A stretch of DNA of 64,000 bases from an uncultured Lachnospiraceae bacterium. Its GTDB lineage: Bacteria > Bacillota > Clostridia > Lachnospirales > Lachnospiraceae. Each line of letters begins with the position of its first letter. Positions within the stretch are counted from its first letter, which is position 1. The DNA is taken from positions 17,123 to 81,122 of the forward strand of contig CATLAK010000012.1 of NCBI GenBank assembly GCA_949878435.1. The letters run 5' to 3'. The notes beneath the pieces were generated by a model that searched no databases, was not told the DNA's origin, and saw only the letters and a list, made by a program, of their open reading frames with translations. The translations under genes were made by a program, and so were the position numbers. Below, in pieces: positions 54,589-64,000 of the stretch.

Positions 54589-55327
54589 GGTAGATGAGAA
54601 AACCGGCGTCTTAAAGCGGGACGGAGTGGAATCCAAAATGAATCCATTTGATCTTTACGCAATCGAGCAGGCATTGTGTCTGCGGGAAACATATGGGGGA
54701 TCGGTGGAGGTAATTACCATGGGACCGGAACAGGCAAAAATGGTGCTGCAAGAGGCAGTCTATATGGGCGCAGACCGCGGAATTTTGATCAGCGATCGGA
54801 GATTTGCAGGCGCAGATGTCGTTGCCACCAGCTATACATTGTCTCAGGGAATACAAAAATCAGGCACCTATGATTTGATTTTGTGCGGAAAACAGACGAC
54901 AGACGGGGATACCGCACAGGTAGGACCGGAGACAGCAGAATTTTTGAAAATAGAGCATGTATCAAATGTGCTGCAGGTAGTAGAGGTGAAAAAGGATGGG
55001 ATTATCGTTTTGGAGAATCAAGAAATGCAGGTCCGGAAATTGTGCCTGCCCCTGCCCTGCCTGCTGACCATTGAGAAGGATGCAAATACACCGCGGCTTC
55101 CCTCTTTGAAAAGAAAGATGGAGAAAACGGAGCAGAAGGTGGAAGTGATTGGTCTGGATGACTTTTCGGACCAGGATCCGAAGCACTATGGACTGGCAGG
55201 TTCTCCGACGCAGGTAGAGCGGATCTTCCCGCCGGAAAAAAATACCGACCGTCAGGTTTTTGAGGGAAGCTCCACAGAACTGGCGGAACGCTTTACGCAG
55301 ATTTTGAAGCAGAAAAAATACATATAG
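54539..55327 (+). CDS. etfB: Electron transfer flavoprotein beta subunit (LctB-like)
   Basis: ATG 54539 with AAGGAGG RBS; MKILVCIKQVP, DGDTAQVGP, GLAGSPTQV. Confidence 0.92.
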   Translation: MKILVCIKQVPGTTAVEVDEKTGVLKRDGVESKMNPFDLYAIEQALCLRETYGGSVEVITMGPEQAKMVLQEAVYMGADRGILISDRRFAGADVVATSYTLSQGIQKSGTYDLILCGKQTTDGDTAQVGPETAEFLKIEHVSNVLQVVEVKKDGIIVLENQEMQVRKLCLPLPCLLTIEKDANTPRLPSLKRKMEKTEQKVEVIGLDDFSDQDPKHYGLAGSPTQVERIFPPEKNTDRQVFEGSSTELAERFTQILKQKKYI

Positions 55328-55338
55328 AGGGGGAAAAA

Positions 55339-56538
55339 ATGAAATTTTTAAAAATACATCAAGAACTGGTGACGGGGGAAATTGCAGAGCAAATGTGCAA
55401 AATCTGTCCGTTTGGCGCTATTTCCGAGAAGGATGGGAAACTGGAAATCGGGATGGCGTGCAGAATGTGCCGGGTTTGTGTAAAAAACGGATCTCCCGGG
55501 GTAATCACTTTAGAAGAGGAGGCACAGGAAACGGTTCAAAAATCACTGTGGAAGGGAATTGCGGTATTTGCGGAGCAGGAAGCAGGCGTGATTCATCCGG
55601 TGGTATATGAACTTTTAGGGAAGGCTTTAGAGCTGGCGGCAAAATCGCATCAGTCAGTTTATGTACTGCTTATAGGGCACCGATTGGCAGATGCGGTACA
55701 GGAGCTTTTGCATTATGGGGCTGATAAGGTGTTCTGCTATGATTCGGAGGAACTGGCAGAATTTCGGATTACTCCCTATGTAAATGCAGTCGAAGATTTT
55801 GTGAAACAAATCCGACCGTCTGTGATGATGATTGGTGCAACGGTGAAGGGACGTTCGCTGGCGCCCCGCGCGGCGGCGCGCTTTTGCACAGGGCTTACTG
55901 CGGACTGTACGGTTCTTCAGATAAAAGAAAATACGGATCTGGTTCAGATTCGTCCGGCATTTGGCGGTAATATCATGGCGCAGATCATAACGCCAAATTC
56001 CAGACCTCAATTTTGTACGGTAAGATATAAGGTGTTTGCTGCGCCGGAAAGAAAAGAGCAGGGGGCAGGGGAGGCAGTGTATCTTCGGATGAAGGAAGAA
56101 CAATACGCATCTTCGGTCCGCATTGTTGAGAAAATCGAGAAACCGAAGGAAATGGATATTGCAGATGCAGAAGTGATTGTTGCGGTGGGGCGGGGAGTGA
56201 AAAGTCAAAACGACCTGCGTATCATAGAGGAACTGGCGGAAATGCTCCATGCGCAGATTGCATGTACGCGTCCACTGATTGAAGCGGGATGGTTTGATGC
56301 AAGAAAGCAGATAGGTCTAAGCGGAAGGACCGTAAAACCCAAGTTAATCCTTACGATTGGAATTTCCGGATCCGTACAGTTTGTGGCAGGCATGAAAGGG
56401 GCAGACTGCGTGATTGCGATAAATGAAGATCCGAATGCGGCAATTTTTGACGTCGCACACTATGGGTTTGTGGGGAATCTCTATGAGCTGCTTCCGAGGT
56501 TCTTCGAGGAAATGAGAGGAGGAAGAAGGGATGGATAA
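55339..56538 (+). CDS. etfA: Electron transfer flavoprotein alpha subunit with N-terminal ferredoxin-like domain (LctC-like)
   Basis: CPFGAI...CRMCRVC; GLTADCT, RPAFGGN, QIGLSG. Confidence 0.92.
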   Translation: MKFLKIHQELVTGEIAEQMCKICPFGAISEKDGKLEIGMACRMCRVCVKNGSPGVITLEEEAQETVQKSLWKGIAVFAEQEAGVIHPVVYELLGKALELAAKSHQSVYVLLIGHRLADAVQELLHYGADKVFCYDSEELAEFRITPYVNAVEDFVKQIRPSVMMIGATVKGRSLAPRAAARFCTGLTADCTVLQIKENTDLVQIRPAFGGNIMAQIITPNSRPQFCTVRYKVFAAPERKEQGAGEAVYLRMKEEQYASSVRIVEKIEKPKEMDIADAEVIVAVGRGVKSQNDLRIIEELAEMLHAQIACTRPLIEAGWFDARKQIGLSGRTVKPKLILTIGISGSVQFVAGMKGADCVIAINEDPNAAIFDVAHYGFVGNLYELLPRFFEEMRGGRRDG

Positions 56539-57946
56539 AACAAAAAGGAGGAATGTCATTACACTGCAAGGGTCCCAGCTTTCTTATCTGCGTCAGATCG
56601 TACCGCCGCAAAGAATGTGGGTTCGGGAGGAGATTCCAGAGGACTACAGTCATGATGAACTGGGCGGAATTTCTGAATATCCGGATGTGCTTATCAAAGT
56701 AAGAACCACGGAAGAAATTGCAAAAATCATGAAGTACGCATATGAACAAGAGCTGCCGGTTGTGGTACGCGGGGCGGGGACAGGTCTTGTGGGAGCGGCA
56801 GTTGCACTGCAGGGCGGCATTATGTTGGAAACAACACAGATGAATCAGATTTTAGAGCTGGACGAGGAGAATCTGACTGTGACGGCGGAACCCGGCGTGC
56901 TGCTGATGGAGCTGGCACAGTTTGTGGAAGAACATGGCTTTTTTTATCCGCCGGATCCGGGAGAAAAATCGGCGACCATTGGAGGAAATATCAGCACCAA
57001 TGCAGGCGGCATGCGGGCAGTGAAATATGGGGTGACGCGTGATTATGTGCGCGGAATGACGGTGGTGCTCCCAAACGGCGAGATCATAGAGCTGGGCGGA
57101 AAAATAGTGAAAAACAGTTCAGGGTATAGTCTGAAGGATTTGATGGTCGGATCGGAAGGGACTTTGGGTATTATCACAAAAGTCATTTTAAAACTACTTC
57201 CTTTGCCGGAAAGAAGCGTGAGCCTTTTGGTTCCATATCAGACAATGGAGGAGGCGATTGAAACCGTGCCGGAAATCATCCGGTTAAAGGCATCGCCTAC
57301 GGCGGTCGAATTTATGGAGAGAGAAGTTATTCTTTTTGCGGAGGATTTTTTGGGGAAAAAATTTCCGGACACAAGAAGCGAGGCATATCTGCTTCTGACT
57401 TTTGACGGAAATTCCGCCCGGCAGGTAGAGGCGGAGTATGAAAAGACAGCGAGGTATTGCCTGGAACATGGTGCGAGGGATGTATTTCTTGTAGACACGC
57501 CGGAAAGAAAAGATTCGGTATGGTCTGCGAGAGGCGCTTTTTTGGAAGCAATTAAAGCATCCACAACAGAAATGGATGAGTGCGATGTGGTGGTTCCCAG
57601 AAATCATGTGGCGGAATTTATACGCGACACCCATGAGTTGGCAGAGCAGTTTAAAATCCGGATTCCAAGCTTTGGACATGCAGGTGATGGAAATCTGCAT
57701 GTATATATATGCCGGGATGAATTGCCGGAAGAAGAGTGGAAGGAAAAGCTTGAGAAGGTATTTGCGGTGATGTATCAAAAAGCCGGGGAATACGGAGGCG
57801 CAGTCTCGGGAGAACATGGAATTGGATATGCAAAAAAAACATATCTGAATGAGCAGGCGGGAGCGGCTTCGATGGGGCTTATGCGCGGAATCAAAGCAGT
57901 ATTTGATCCTAAAAATATCTTGAATCCGGGGAAAGTGGTTTCATAG
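56531..57946 (+). CDS. FAD-linked 2-hydroxyacid dehydrogenase (LctD/GlcD family)
   Basis: [38 protein letters not shown]. Confidence 0.92.
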   Translation: MDKTKRRNVITLQGSQLSYLRQIVPPQRMWVREEIPEDYSHDELGGISEYPDVLIKVRTTEEIAKIMKYAYEQELPVVVRGAGTGLVGAAVALQGGIMLETTQMNQILELDEENLTVTAEPGVLLMELAQFVEEHGFFYPPDPGEKSATIGGNISTNAGGMRAVKYGVTRDYVRGMTVVLPNGEIIELGGKIVKNSSGYSLKDLMVGSEGTLGIITKVILKLLPLPERSVSLLVPYQTMEEAIETVPEIIRLKASPTAVEFMEREVILFAEDFLGKKFPDTRSEAYLLLTFDGNSARQVEAEYEKTARYCLEHGARDVFLVDTPERKDSVWSARGAFLEAIKASTTEMDECDVVVPRNHVAEFIRDTHELAEQFKIRIPSFGHAGDGNLHVYICRDELPEEEWKEKLEKVFAVMYQKAGEYGGAVSGEHGIGYAKKTYLNEQAGAASMGLMRGIKAVFDPKNILNPGKVVS

Positions 57947-57972
57947 ATCAAATTGGAAAGGATGCCTTTGCG

Positions 57973-58309
57973 AAACAGTGCAGCCTGCAAGGCAGGACAG
58001 CTGCCCAAAGCGCGGAGAGCACGGCGCAGATGACGGCACACCTTATCTTTTCCAGTCTCCTCTCAAAATCGGATTTCACTAACAGAATGTATATAGATGT
58101 TTCAAGACGGTCGGGTCGGAGCCAAGACGGCATCCATGCCGTTTGGCTCCTAAAATCGCCATCCATGGCGATTTTGCCCTACAGATTCAACATTCTGCAA
58201 GTGAAATTGCCGATTTTTCGCAGAGACTGGAAAAGATAAGGTGTGCCGTCATCTGCGCCGTGCTCTCCGCACTTTGGGCAGCTGTCCTGCCTTGCAGGCT
58301 GCACTGTTT
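57973..58309. repeat. 337-bp fold-back element with 87-bp inverted arms (MITE/REP-like)
   Basis: 57973-58059 versus 58223-58309 are reverse complements with one mismatch; two internal CATCCATG-capped hairpins. Confidence 0.9.
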
Positions 58310-58428
58310 TGTCTTTACCCTATCATTAAAAGTAAGAAATGATGGAAGGAGTAGCAGTATGACACAGGAGCTTTATGGAAAGGATTTAGCGCAATATAAA
58401 TTGGAGAGAACAAGGGCATATGGAAATT

Positions 58429-58457
58429 GAGGGAGAACCGGCAAAAGGTCCTCCCTC
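58429..58457 (-). terminator. Hairpin downstream of queT
   Basis: GAGGGAGAACC...GGTCCTCCCTC. Confidence 0.6.
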
Positions 58458-58462
58458 GTCTG

Positions 58463-58975
58463 TTATGCGAATAGTTTGCCGCGATATTTGTTTAGGGCAA
58501 GTAGAAGCAGCATGCCCAGGATGCCGCAGGAAAGAATCTCACCGATGGTTACTGTGACAAATGAAAACCATAGCGGTCTTACGCCGTAGGCATACAGAAG
58601 TACAAAGGGAACCACGAGGGCATTGGCAACAATGGGCGGAACAGGTGCAAGCCACTTGCAGCTGCGCAGTTTGTATGTAAAGACTGCGCCTAAAAGGGTG
58701 GCGAGGCTGCCAAAAATAATATCGGGAAGCGCGCAGCCTGTCAAGATATTGGACAGCAGGCATCCGATGAAAAGACCCGGTATGGCAGCAGGGGTGAAAT
58801 AAGGCAGAATGGTGAGAGCCTCAGAGAAACGCACTTGGATTGCCTGGCTGGCAAGCCCTAATGCATTGGCGATAAAGGTGAGCACTACATAGAGTGCAGC
58901 AATCATAGCTGCCTGAACGAGGGGCAGCGTGGGGACGGTCCGCGTGGGAACCGCGTTGGTGTTTTGTGTTTTCAT
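58463..58975 (-). CDS. queT: Queuosine precursor transporter QueT
   Basis: AMIAALYVVLT, QVRFSEAL, GLFIGC, DIIFGSLAT; preceded by a preQ1 riboswitch. Confidence 0.9.
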   Translation of the reverse strand: MKTQNTNAVPTRTVPTLPLVQAAMIAALYVVLTFIANALGLASQAIQVRFSEALTILPYFTPAAIPGLFIGCLLSNILTGCALPDIIFGSLATLLGAVFTYKLRSCKWLAPVPPIVANALVVPFVLLYAYGVRPLWFSFVTVTIGEILSCGILGMLLLLALNKYRGKLFA

Positions 58976-58987
58976 TTTTATTCTCCT

Positions 58988-59026
58988 TTAGTTTTTTTTT
59001 AACGAGTGGAAGGTCTCGAACACTCG
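58988..59026 (-). ncRNA. preQ1 class I riboswitch
   Basis: Minus strand CGAGTG-TTCGAGACCTTC-CACTCG-TT-A-tract-CTAA directly before the GGAG RBS of queT. Confidence 0.8.
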
Positions 59027-59038
59027 GTCTCGATGCTT

Positions 59039-59066
59039 AGTATAACATGCGGTGGGCGGATGTCAA
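59039..59066 (-). promoter_or_regulatory. Sigma-A promoter of queT
   Basis: TTGACA-16bp-TATACT with extended TG on the minus strand. Confidence 0.65.
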
Positions 59067-59692
59067 TAGGAGAGTAAATTTAAATGGAGTAGGCTTGCGG
59101 GTGTTGTTAAGTAGTAGTCGGCTTTGATGGTTTCATCGTGGCTGCCCCACTTGGCAAGGGCGAAGGCGGCTTGGGCATTTGAGGCGCAGAGGCTGTCGTA
59201 GCTGCTGTCTCCGATGTAGAGTAATTGGCTGTGGGCGGCACCTGATGATTTCATGTATTGGAGCAGTGGGGCGGGGCTTGGCTTGTGCTGTGTGGTGTCG
59301 TCGGCGCAGATGATGGTTTTGAAATAGTGGCTGATGCCGAAAGGGCGGAAATCAAGGTCAAATTCTTCTCTGGTCTTTGATGTGACGATGCCGGTTTCGC
59401 AGGCTGACTTTGAAAGGTGTTCCAGTAAGTCCTTTATTCCGTCAAATACTTTTATCGTGTCAGTATATTTTTGCATCTTTTCATTCCAGAGGTCGATTGT
59501 GGGGGCGATATCTTTCATGCCAAGGCGCTTCAATGCGTCTGCGCCTGTGATGCCCAGGGCGAAGGTCAGTTCTTTAAGGGGGATATGTCTGCCGCACAAA
59601 TCCAGGATGGTTTCCTGTAAGGAATGGAGCAGGGCGTATTCGGTGTCGATTAAGGTGCCGTCGATGTCAAAGACGATATGTTTATATTTCAT
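59063..59692 (-). CDS. HAD-family phosphatase
   Basis: Start at 59692 (MKYKHIVFDIDGTLIDT); KPSP, YIGDS.YD. Confidence 0.9.
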   Translation of the reverse strand: MKYKHIVFDIDGTLIDTEYALLHSLQETILDLCGRHIPLKELTFALGITGADALKRLGMKDIAPTIDLWNEKMQKYTDTIKVFDGIKDLLEHLSKSACETGIVTSKTREEFDLDFRPFGISHYFKTIICADDTTQHKPSPAPLLQYMKSSGAAHSQLLYIGDSSYDSLCASNAQAAFALAKWGSHDETIKADYYLTTPASLLHLNLLSY

Positions 59693-60287
59693 ATGCCCTC
59701 CGTTCTTCATCCGTATCAAAATGGCGGATGACTCTGCATGGATTTCCGACGGCAACGCAATTTGCCGGAATGGAACGGTTTACGATGCTTCCCGCACCGA
59801 TCACACTGTTTTCGCCGATTGTTACGCCCGGCAGAAGAATGCTCCCGCCGCCGATCCACACGTTGTTTTCAATGATGACTGGACGGGCGTAGGTTCTGAA
59901 AAACGTTGTATTCTGCTCTTTCCAGTCAGGAGCCAGGCGCTCCTTGGGAAGAACCGGATGGGAAGCGGTATAAATCTGTACATTTGACGCAATGAGTACC
60001 CGGTCACCGATATGGATGGGTCTGTCATCTACAAAAGTGCAGTTCATATTGATGATCACATCACTGCCCAAAAAAATATTTTTGCCATGGTCGCAGAAAA
60101 AGGGGGTGTCAATTGCAACATTTTCTCCTATGCTGCCCAGTAATTCCCGAAGAATGGCATTTTTCTTTGACGTATCTTGGTAATCACAGAAATAATATTC
60201 TCTGGTCAATTTTCTTGCACGGGCGATTTGATCCAGAAGATCAGGGGTCGCTGTTTCTAAAAAATCGGCTGCACTATTCAATTTCAT
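59682..60287 (-). CDS. Sugar O-acetyltransferase (Maa/LacA hexapeptide-repeat family)
   Basis: PFFCDHGKNI, VWIGGGSILLPGVTIGENSVIGAGS, GNPCRV; start 60287 or 60308. Confidence 0.9.
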   Translation of the reverse strand: MKLNSAADFLETATPDLLDQIARARKLTREYYFCDYQDTSKKNAILRELLGSIGENVAIDTPFFCDHGKNIFLGSDVIINMNCTFVDDRPIHIGDRVLIASNVQIYTASHPVLPKERLAPDWKEQNTTFFRTYARPVIIENNVWIGGGSILLPGVTIGENSVIGAGSIVNRSIPANCVAVGNPCRVIRHFDTDEERRAYEI

Positions 60288-60371
60288 TGCAGGCTTTCCT
60301 CCTATCATCCTTTGCTTTTACAGGTATCATTATAGTGCAAGGCATGGAGGATAAATATTCTATTTCTGCCT

Positions 60372-61283
60372 TTATGTATCACAATTCTGCCATTTGGCAC
60401 GATATTCTGAGGGAGTACAGCCTAAGTATTCCCGGAAGACTTTTCCGAAATAACTGCTGGAGCCAAGTCCGCAGGCATGGCTGATACTGGTGATGGAGTC
60501 CTGCCCCTTTTCCAGCATCTGGCACGCCATCTGCAGGCGGTAGCTTTTGATGTATTCTACCGGTGTCGTATGCAGGCAGTCATGAAAAACGCGGAAGCAT
60601 TCCCGCTCGCTTAAGAATGCGGATGATGCAAGTGCAGGGATAGATATTTTTTCAGCATAGTGTTCATGAATGTAGATCATCATTAATTTTATTTTGTCAT
60701 TGCTTTTATCATATTTCTTACTTTCGCTCAGAATGGGAGCGGCTTGTGCAAAGAGCAGGAGCCATATTTCCGATAAGATTTCCCGCAGCTTTATTTCATA
60801 CCCAAATGTGTCATCTGCAAAGGAAAAGGCGTCCAGAATAAGCTGCAAGATTTTTGCCTGCGCAGGGTCTTTAGGAGAAAGTGCTATGATTTCAATCTGG
60901 GGAGCGGTAATAAATGGCGTGACATATTTCTGACCGATCCGGCTTCCCGTCTCTCCGGCAAGAAGGGAGGGATCAAAAATATGGAGGAGCTGGGTGGTTT
61001 TGTCTGTCCGGGAAAGTGCTTTTGTCATATGAAGCACATTAGAATTTACAATGCCGCCGGACCCTTCCGGAAAGATCAGCTTCCTTCCGGGCGTATGATA
61101 TTCCAAAGCGCCTCTTTCCATATAAAAGAGTTCCACGGCTCTGTGCCAATGCCATGGTACAGACCGCCCCAGGTATTTGTCAAGTTCTGACCGGGATGCG
61201 ATATAGGGAAAATCAATGTCAAACCCGGGAAGCAGTTCTTCTTTGCTTCCCGCATAAAATTCGATATTTTGGACAGTTTTCAT
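60372..61283 (-). CDS. AraC-family regulator with cupin sensing domain
   Basis: PWHWH...EL; C-terminal double HTH SSSYFGKVFR...TPSEYR. Confidence 0.92.
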   Translation of the reverse strand: MKTVQNIEFYAGSKEELLPGFDIDFPYIASRSELDKYLGRSVPWHWHRAVELFYMERGALEYHTPGRKLIFPEGSGGIVNSNVLHMTKALSRTDKTTQLLHIFDPSLLAGETGSRIGQKYVTPFITAPQIEIIALSPKDPAQAKILQLILDAFSFADDTFGYEIKLREILSEIWLLLFAQAAPILSESKKYDKSNDKIKLMMIYIHEHYAEKISIPALASSAFLSERECFRVFHDCLHTTPVEYIKSYRLQMACQMLEKGQDSITSISHACGLGSSSYFGKVFREYLGCTPSEYRAKWQNCDT

Positions 61284-61541
61284 GCTTACCTCTATTCCGA
61301 AGCGCTTTTGCGCTGAGGAGGCGAGCGAAATGCCAGATTTCGCTCCACCTTTTCCACCTTATAATTTTGCGATACGATAGTATGGTTATGTCTTAAATAT
61401 ACGGAATAGAAAAGTCCTTGTCAATTGCTATCCTTGCAGTCTGTATTGCGAAATGGTTTCTGGCATGGTACATTATTAGTGGCTTCGTTTTTAAATGTAA
61501 AAGTGAGGAAAAGTTGAGTATAAGATGGAGGGAGTATTGGT

Positions 61542-63119
61542 ATGTATCAGGACGGTAAGGTTGTAGTGGGAATGTCGGGGGATGAGAAGGTCTGTATTTA
61601 TCCTAAGATGGCGAATCGGCATGGGATGATCGCGGGAGCTACGGGAAGCGGAAAGACGGTTACGTTAAAGGTGCTCGCAGAGTCCTTCAGCGATTTGGGC
61701 GTTCCGGTGTTTCTGGCGGATGTAAAGGGCGATCTGGCAGGCATGTGCAGGCAGGGGCAGAATAGTGACAGCGTTCAAAAGAGAATCGATGAAATGGGAC
61801 TTGTCAAAGAGGGGTTTCAGTTTCGGAATTATCCGGTCACCTATTGGGACGTTTACGGCGAAAAGGGACTGCCGCTGCGCACCACGATTTCGGAGATGGG
61901 TCCTCTCCTGCTGGGCAGAATCATGGATTTAAATGAGACCCAGTCGGATATTCTGACAATCATCTTTAAGATAGCCGATGATGAAGGGCTATTGCTCTTA
62001 GATACCAAGGATCTCCGCGCCATGATACAGTATGTGACCGAGAATGCCAAGGAGTACGGGGCGCAGTACGGAAACTTGTCCAAACAGAGCCTCGGAGCAA
62101 TCATGCGGGCTGTGGTTGCGCTGGAAGCGGAAGGCGGGGAGCTGTTCTTCGGAGAACCGGCACTGGAGATTGGGGACTGGATGTGCACGGATGAAAACGG
62201 AAGGGGTGTCATTCAGATTCTGGACTGCCAGAAGCTGATTAATAGTCCCACCATGTATTCCACGTTCATGCTCTGGATGATGTCGGAATTATTTGAGACC
62301 CTGCCGGAGGCGGGAGATAGGGAAAAGCCAAAGATGGTGTTTTTCTTTGATGAGGCGCATCTTTTGTTTGACTCTGCGTCGAAGGCGCTGCTGACCAAGA
62401 TCGAGCAGGTGGTGAAGCTGATCCGTTCTAAGGGCGTGGGAATTTATTTTGTCACACAAAATCCCAAGGATATTCCCGACGGCGTCCTGGGACAGCTTGG
62501 AAATAAGGTGCAGCATGCGCTTCATGTCTATACGCCGGCGGAGCAGAAGGGATGTAAGGCGGCAGCCCAGTCTTTTAGGGAAAACCCGGAATTTGACACG
62601 TATGATGTGCTGACCCAGCTGGGAATCGGGGAGGCGCTCATTTCGGTGCTGGATGAAGGCGGCGTGCCTACTGTTGTGAAGCGGTGTCAGATTCTTCCAC
62701 CTCAGAGCCAGATGGGGGCATTGGACGAGGCGGCAAGGCAGGAGCAGGTGCAGGGAAATCTCCTTTACAGCAAGTATGCTCAGATGATGGACAGAGAGTC
62801 TGCTTACGAGGTTTTAGAGAAAAAGGTGCTGGATCAGCAGGAAAGCGACCGGAAACAAGCGGAAGCGGCAGCTGCCGAAAAGCAAAAGATGAAGGAAGCC
62901 GAAGCGGCAAGGAAGGCGGAAGAAAAGAAAGCTGCCGCCAAGGATAAACAGGTCAAGAAGACGGTCAAGCAGGTGGGAAACAGCGCGGCAGGAACCATAG
63001 GCAGGGAGTTTGGAAACAGCATCGGAAAGACCCTGGGAGGCAGCTTTGGAAAGAAGGTCGGCGGCAACGTGGGCGCATCTCTTGGACGGGGTCTGTTCAG
63101 CACGCTGTTCAAGCTGTAG
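61542..63119 (+). CDS. DUF853 / HerA-like P-loop ATPase (YjgR family)
   Basis: NRHGMIAGATGSGKT, FFFDEAH, LIRSKGVG, TQNP. Confidence 0.9.
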   Translation: MYQDGKVVVGMSGDEKVCIYPKMANRHGMIAGATGSGKTVTLKVLAESFSDLGVPVFLADVKGDLAGMCRQGQNSDSVQKRIDEMGLVKEGFQFRNYPVTYWDVYGEKGLPLRTTISEMGPLLLGRIMDLNETQSDILTIIFKIADDEGLLLLDTKDLRAMIQYVTENAKEYGAQYGNLSKQSLGAIMRAVVALEAEGGELFFGEPALEIGDWMCTDENGRGVIQILDCQKLINSPTMYSTFMLWMMSELFETLPEAGDREKPKMVFFFDEAHLLFDSASKALLTKIEQVVKLIRSKGVGIYFVTQNPKDIPDGVLGQLGNKVQHALHVYTPAEQKGCKAAAQSFRENPEFDTYDVLTQLGIGEALISVLDEGGVPTVVKRCQILPPQSQMGALDEAARQEQVQGNLLYSKYAQMMDRESAYEVLEKKVLDQQESDRKQAEAAAAEKQKMKEAEAARKAEEKKAAAKDKQVKKTVKQVGNSAAGTIGREFGNSIGKTLGGSFGKKVGGNVGASLGRGLFSTLFKL

Positions 63120-63131
63120 AGAGAGGGATTT

Positions 63132-63857
63132 ATGCTGCAGATTGCCATATGTGATGACGAACAATTTTATAGGGACAAAATAAAACGGCTCCTTGAGAAG
63201 TATCTCAAGGAGCATGATTTAAATTCTGAGATTCGTCTGTTTCTGTCAGGAAAAGAATTTCTTGATAAAAACGAGAACAGTGTAAAATATGATATCGTGT
63301 TCATGGACATTAATATGGAAGAGATGGACGGTATTCAGACGGCGATACAGATGCGCGCTTTTCATTCCCACACCTACCTTGTGCTGGTCACGGCGTTTAT
63401 CAATTATGTGCTGGAGGGATACAAGGTAGACGCCGTGCGGTATATCATGAAAGATACGCTGGATGCGGCACTGCCGGAGTGTATGGATGCCATTCTGCAG
63501 AAAATGGAGATTGCACGGGTAGACTTTTCCTTTATGGAAGGGGAAAGAATGTTATATGCAGATAACCTTCTTTATGTGGAAAGCCAGCGGCATAAGCTGA
63601 TTTTTTATTACATGGAAGAGCAGACCCATAGGGATATGGTCAGGTACCATATGTATGAGAAACTGGATGCAATTGAGCAGAAATTATTTGGATATGGATT
63701 TTTACGTATCCACAAAAGCTATCTCGTAAATATGAAGCATATCCGCCGCATCGGCAACTATACGGCAGTGCTTGATACAGGGGAGGAACTGCCTGTTCCC
63801 CGCCTTAGATTTCAGGCTGTCAGGGAAGAATTTGTGGCGTATAAGGGGGCGATGTGA
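63132..63857 (+). CDS. LytTR-family response regulator
   Basis: IAICDDE, FMDINM, FLRIHKSYLVN. Confidence 0.93.
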   Translation: MLQIAICDDEQFYRDKIKRLLEKYLKEHDLNSEIRLFLSGKEFLDKNENSVKYDIVFMDINMEEMDGIQTAIQMRAFHSHTYLVLVTAFINYVLEGYKVDAVRYIMKDTLDAALPECMDAILQKMEIARVDFSFMEGERMLYADNLLYVESQRHKLIFYYMEEQTHRDMVRYHMYEKLDAIEQKLFGYGFLRIHKSYLVNMKHIRRIGNYTAVLDTGEELPVPRLRFQAVREEFVAYKGAM

Positions 63858-64000
63858 TGGAAACGATTGTGCGGTGTGTGATTGCCTCTTTTATGATGGG
63901 AATCAGTTGTAAGACGTTTTTTGAAGTCTTTGCGCCGGTCAGGAAGTTCCGGCATAGGTGGATGGAATATCTGGTCGTCTGGCTTGTTTCTGCCGGATTT
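63857..64000 (+). CDS. Probable membrane sensor histidine kinase (5' fragment only)
   Basis: TGATG overlap with the LytTR stop; hydrophobic N-terminus; kinase identity inferred from context only. Confidence 0.55.
   Translation, partial: METIVRCVIASFMMGISCKTFFEVFAPVRKFRHRWMEYLVVWLVSAGF

Noticed and set aside
53662-54636. 324-aa antisense ORF
   Set aside because: It is the antisense shadow of the ROK kinase, with no recognisable motifs.
57948-58430. ORFs 57948..58166(-), 58030..58239(+) and 58143..58430(+)
   Set aside because: They are by-products of the inverted repeat; two share the same peptide because they read opposite arms.

Overview
Chromosomal window from an anaerobic Firmicute, most likely Lachnospiraceae/Clostridia (inferred from gene content). 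In order it carries: a partial SH3/GH18 hydrolase; mecA; an NhaC-family transporter; a DUF1858 protein; a split pyruvate formate-lyase locus; a sortase-dependent pilus locus with an embedded MoxR/DUF58/transglutaminase-like triad and a pilin-sortase fusion ORF; cwlD-like amidase, sua5, rpiB and a cell-wall hydrolase; a complete F1Fo ATP synthase operon with a Na+ signature; two 5'-truncated gene remnants; REP-like hairpin repeats; a sialic-acid-like catabolic operon ending in Etf/LctD-like genes; a 337-bp fold-back element; a preQ1-controlled queT; and a LytTR two-component system. The top candidate for an undescribed system is the PFL locus: barrel gene, then a 67-aa Cys-containing protein that mimics the docking helix/strand of the glycyl-radical domain but lacks the radical loop, then a stand-alone glycyl-radical domain. 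All family calls come from motif recognition by eye; no searches were run.
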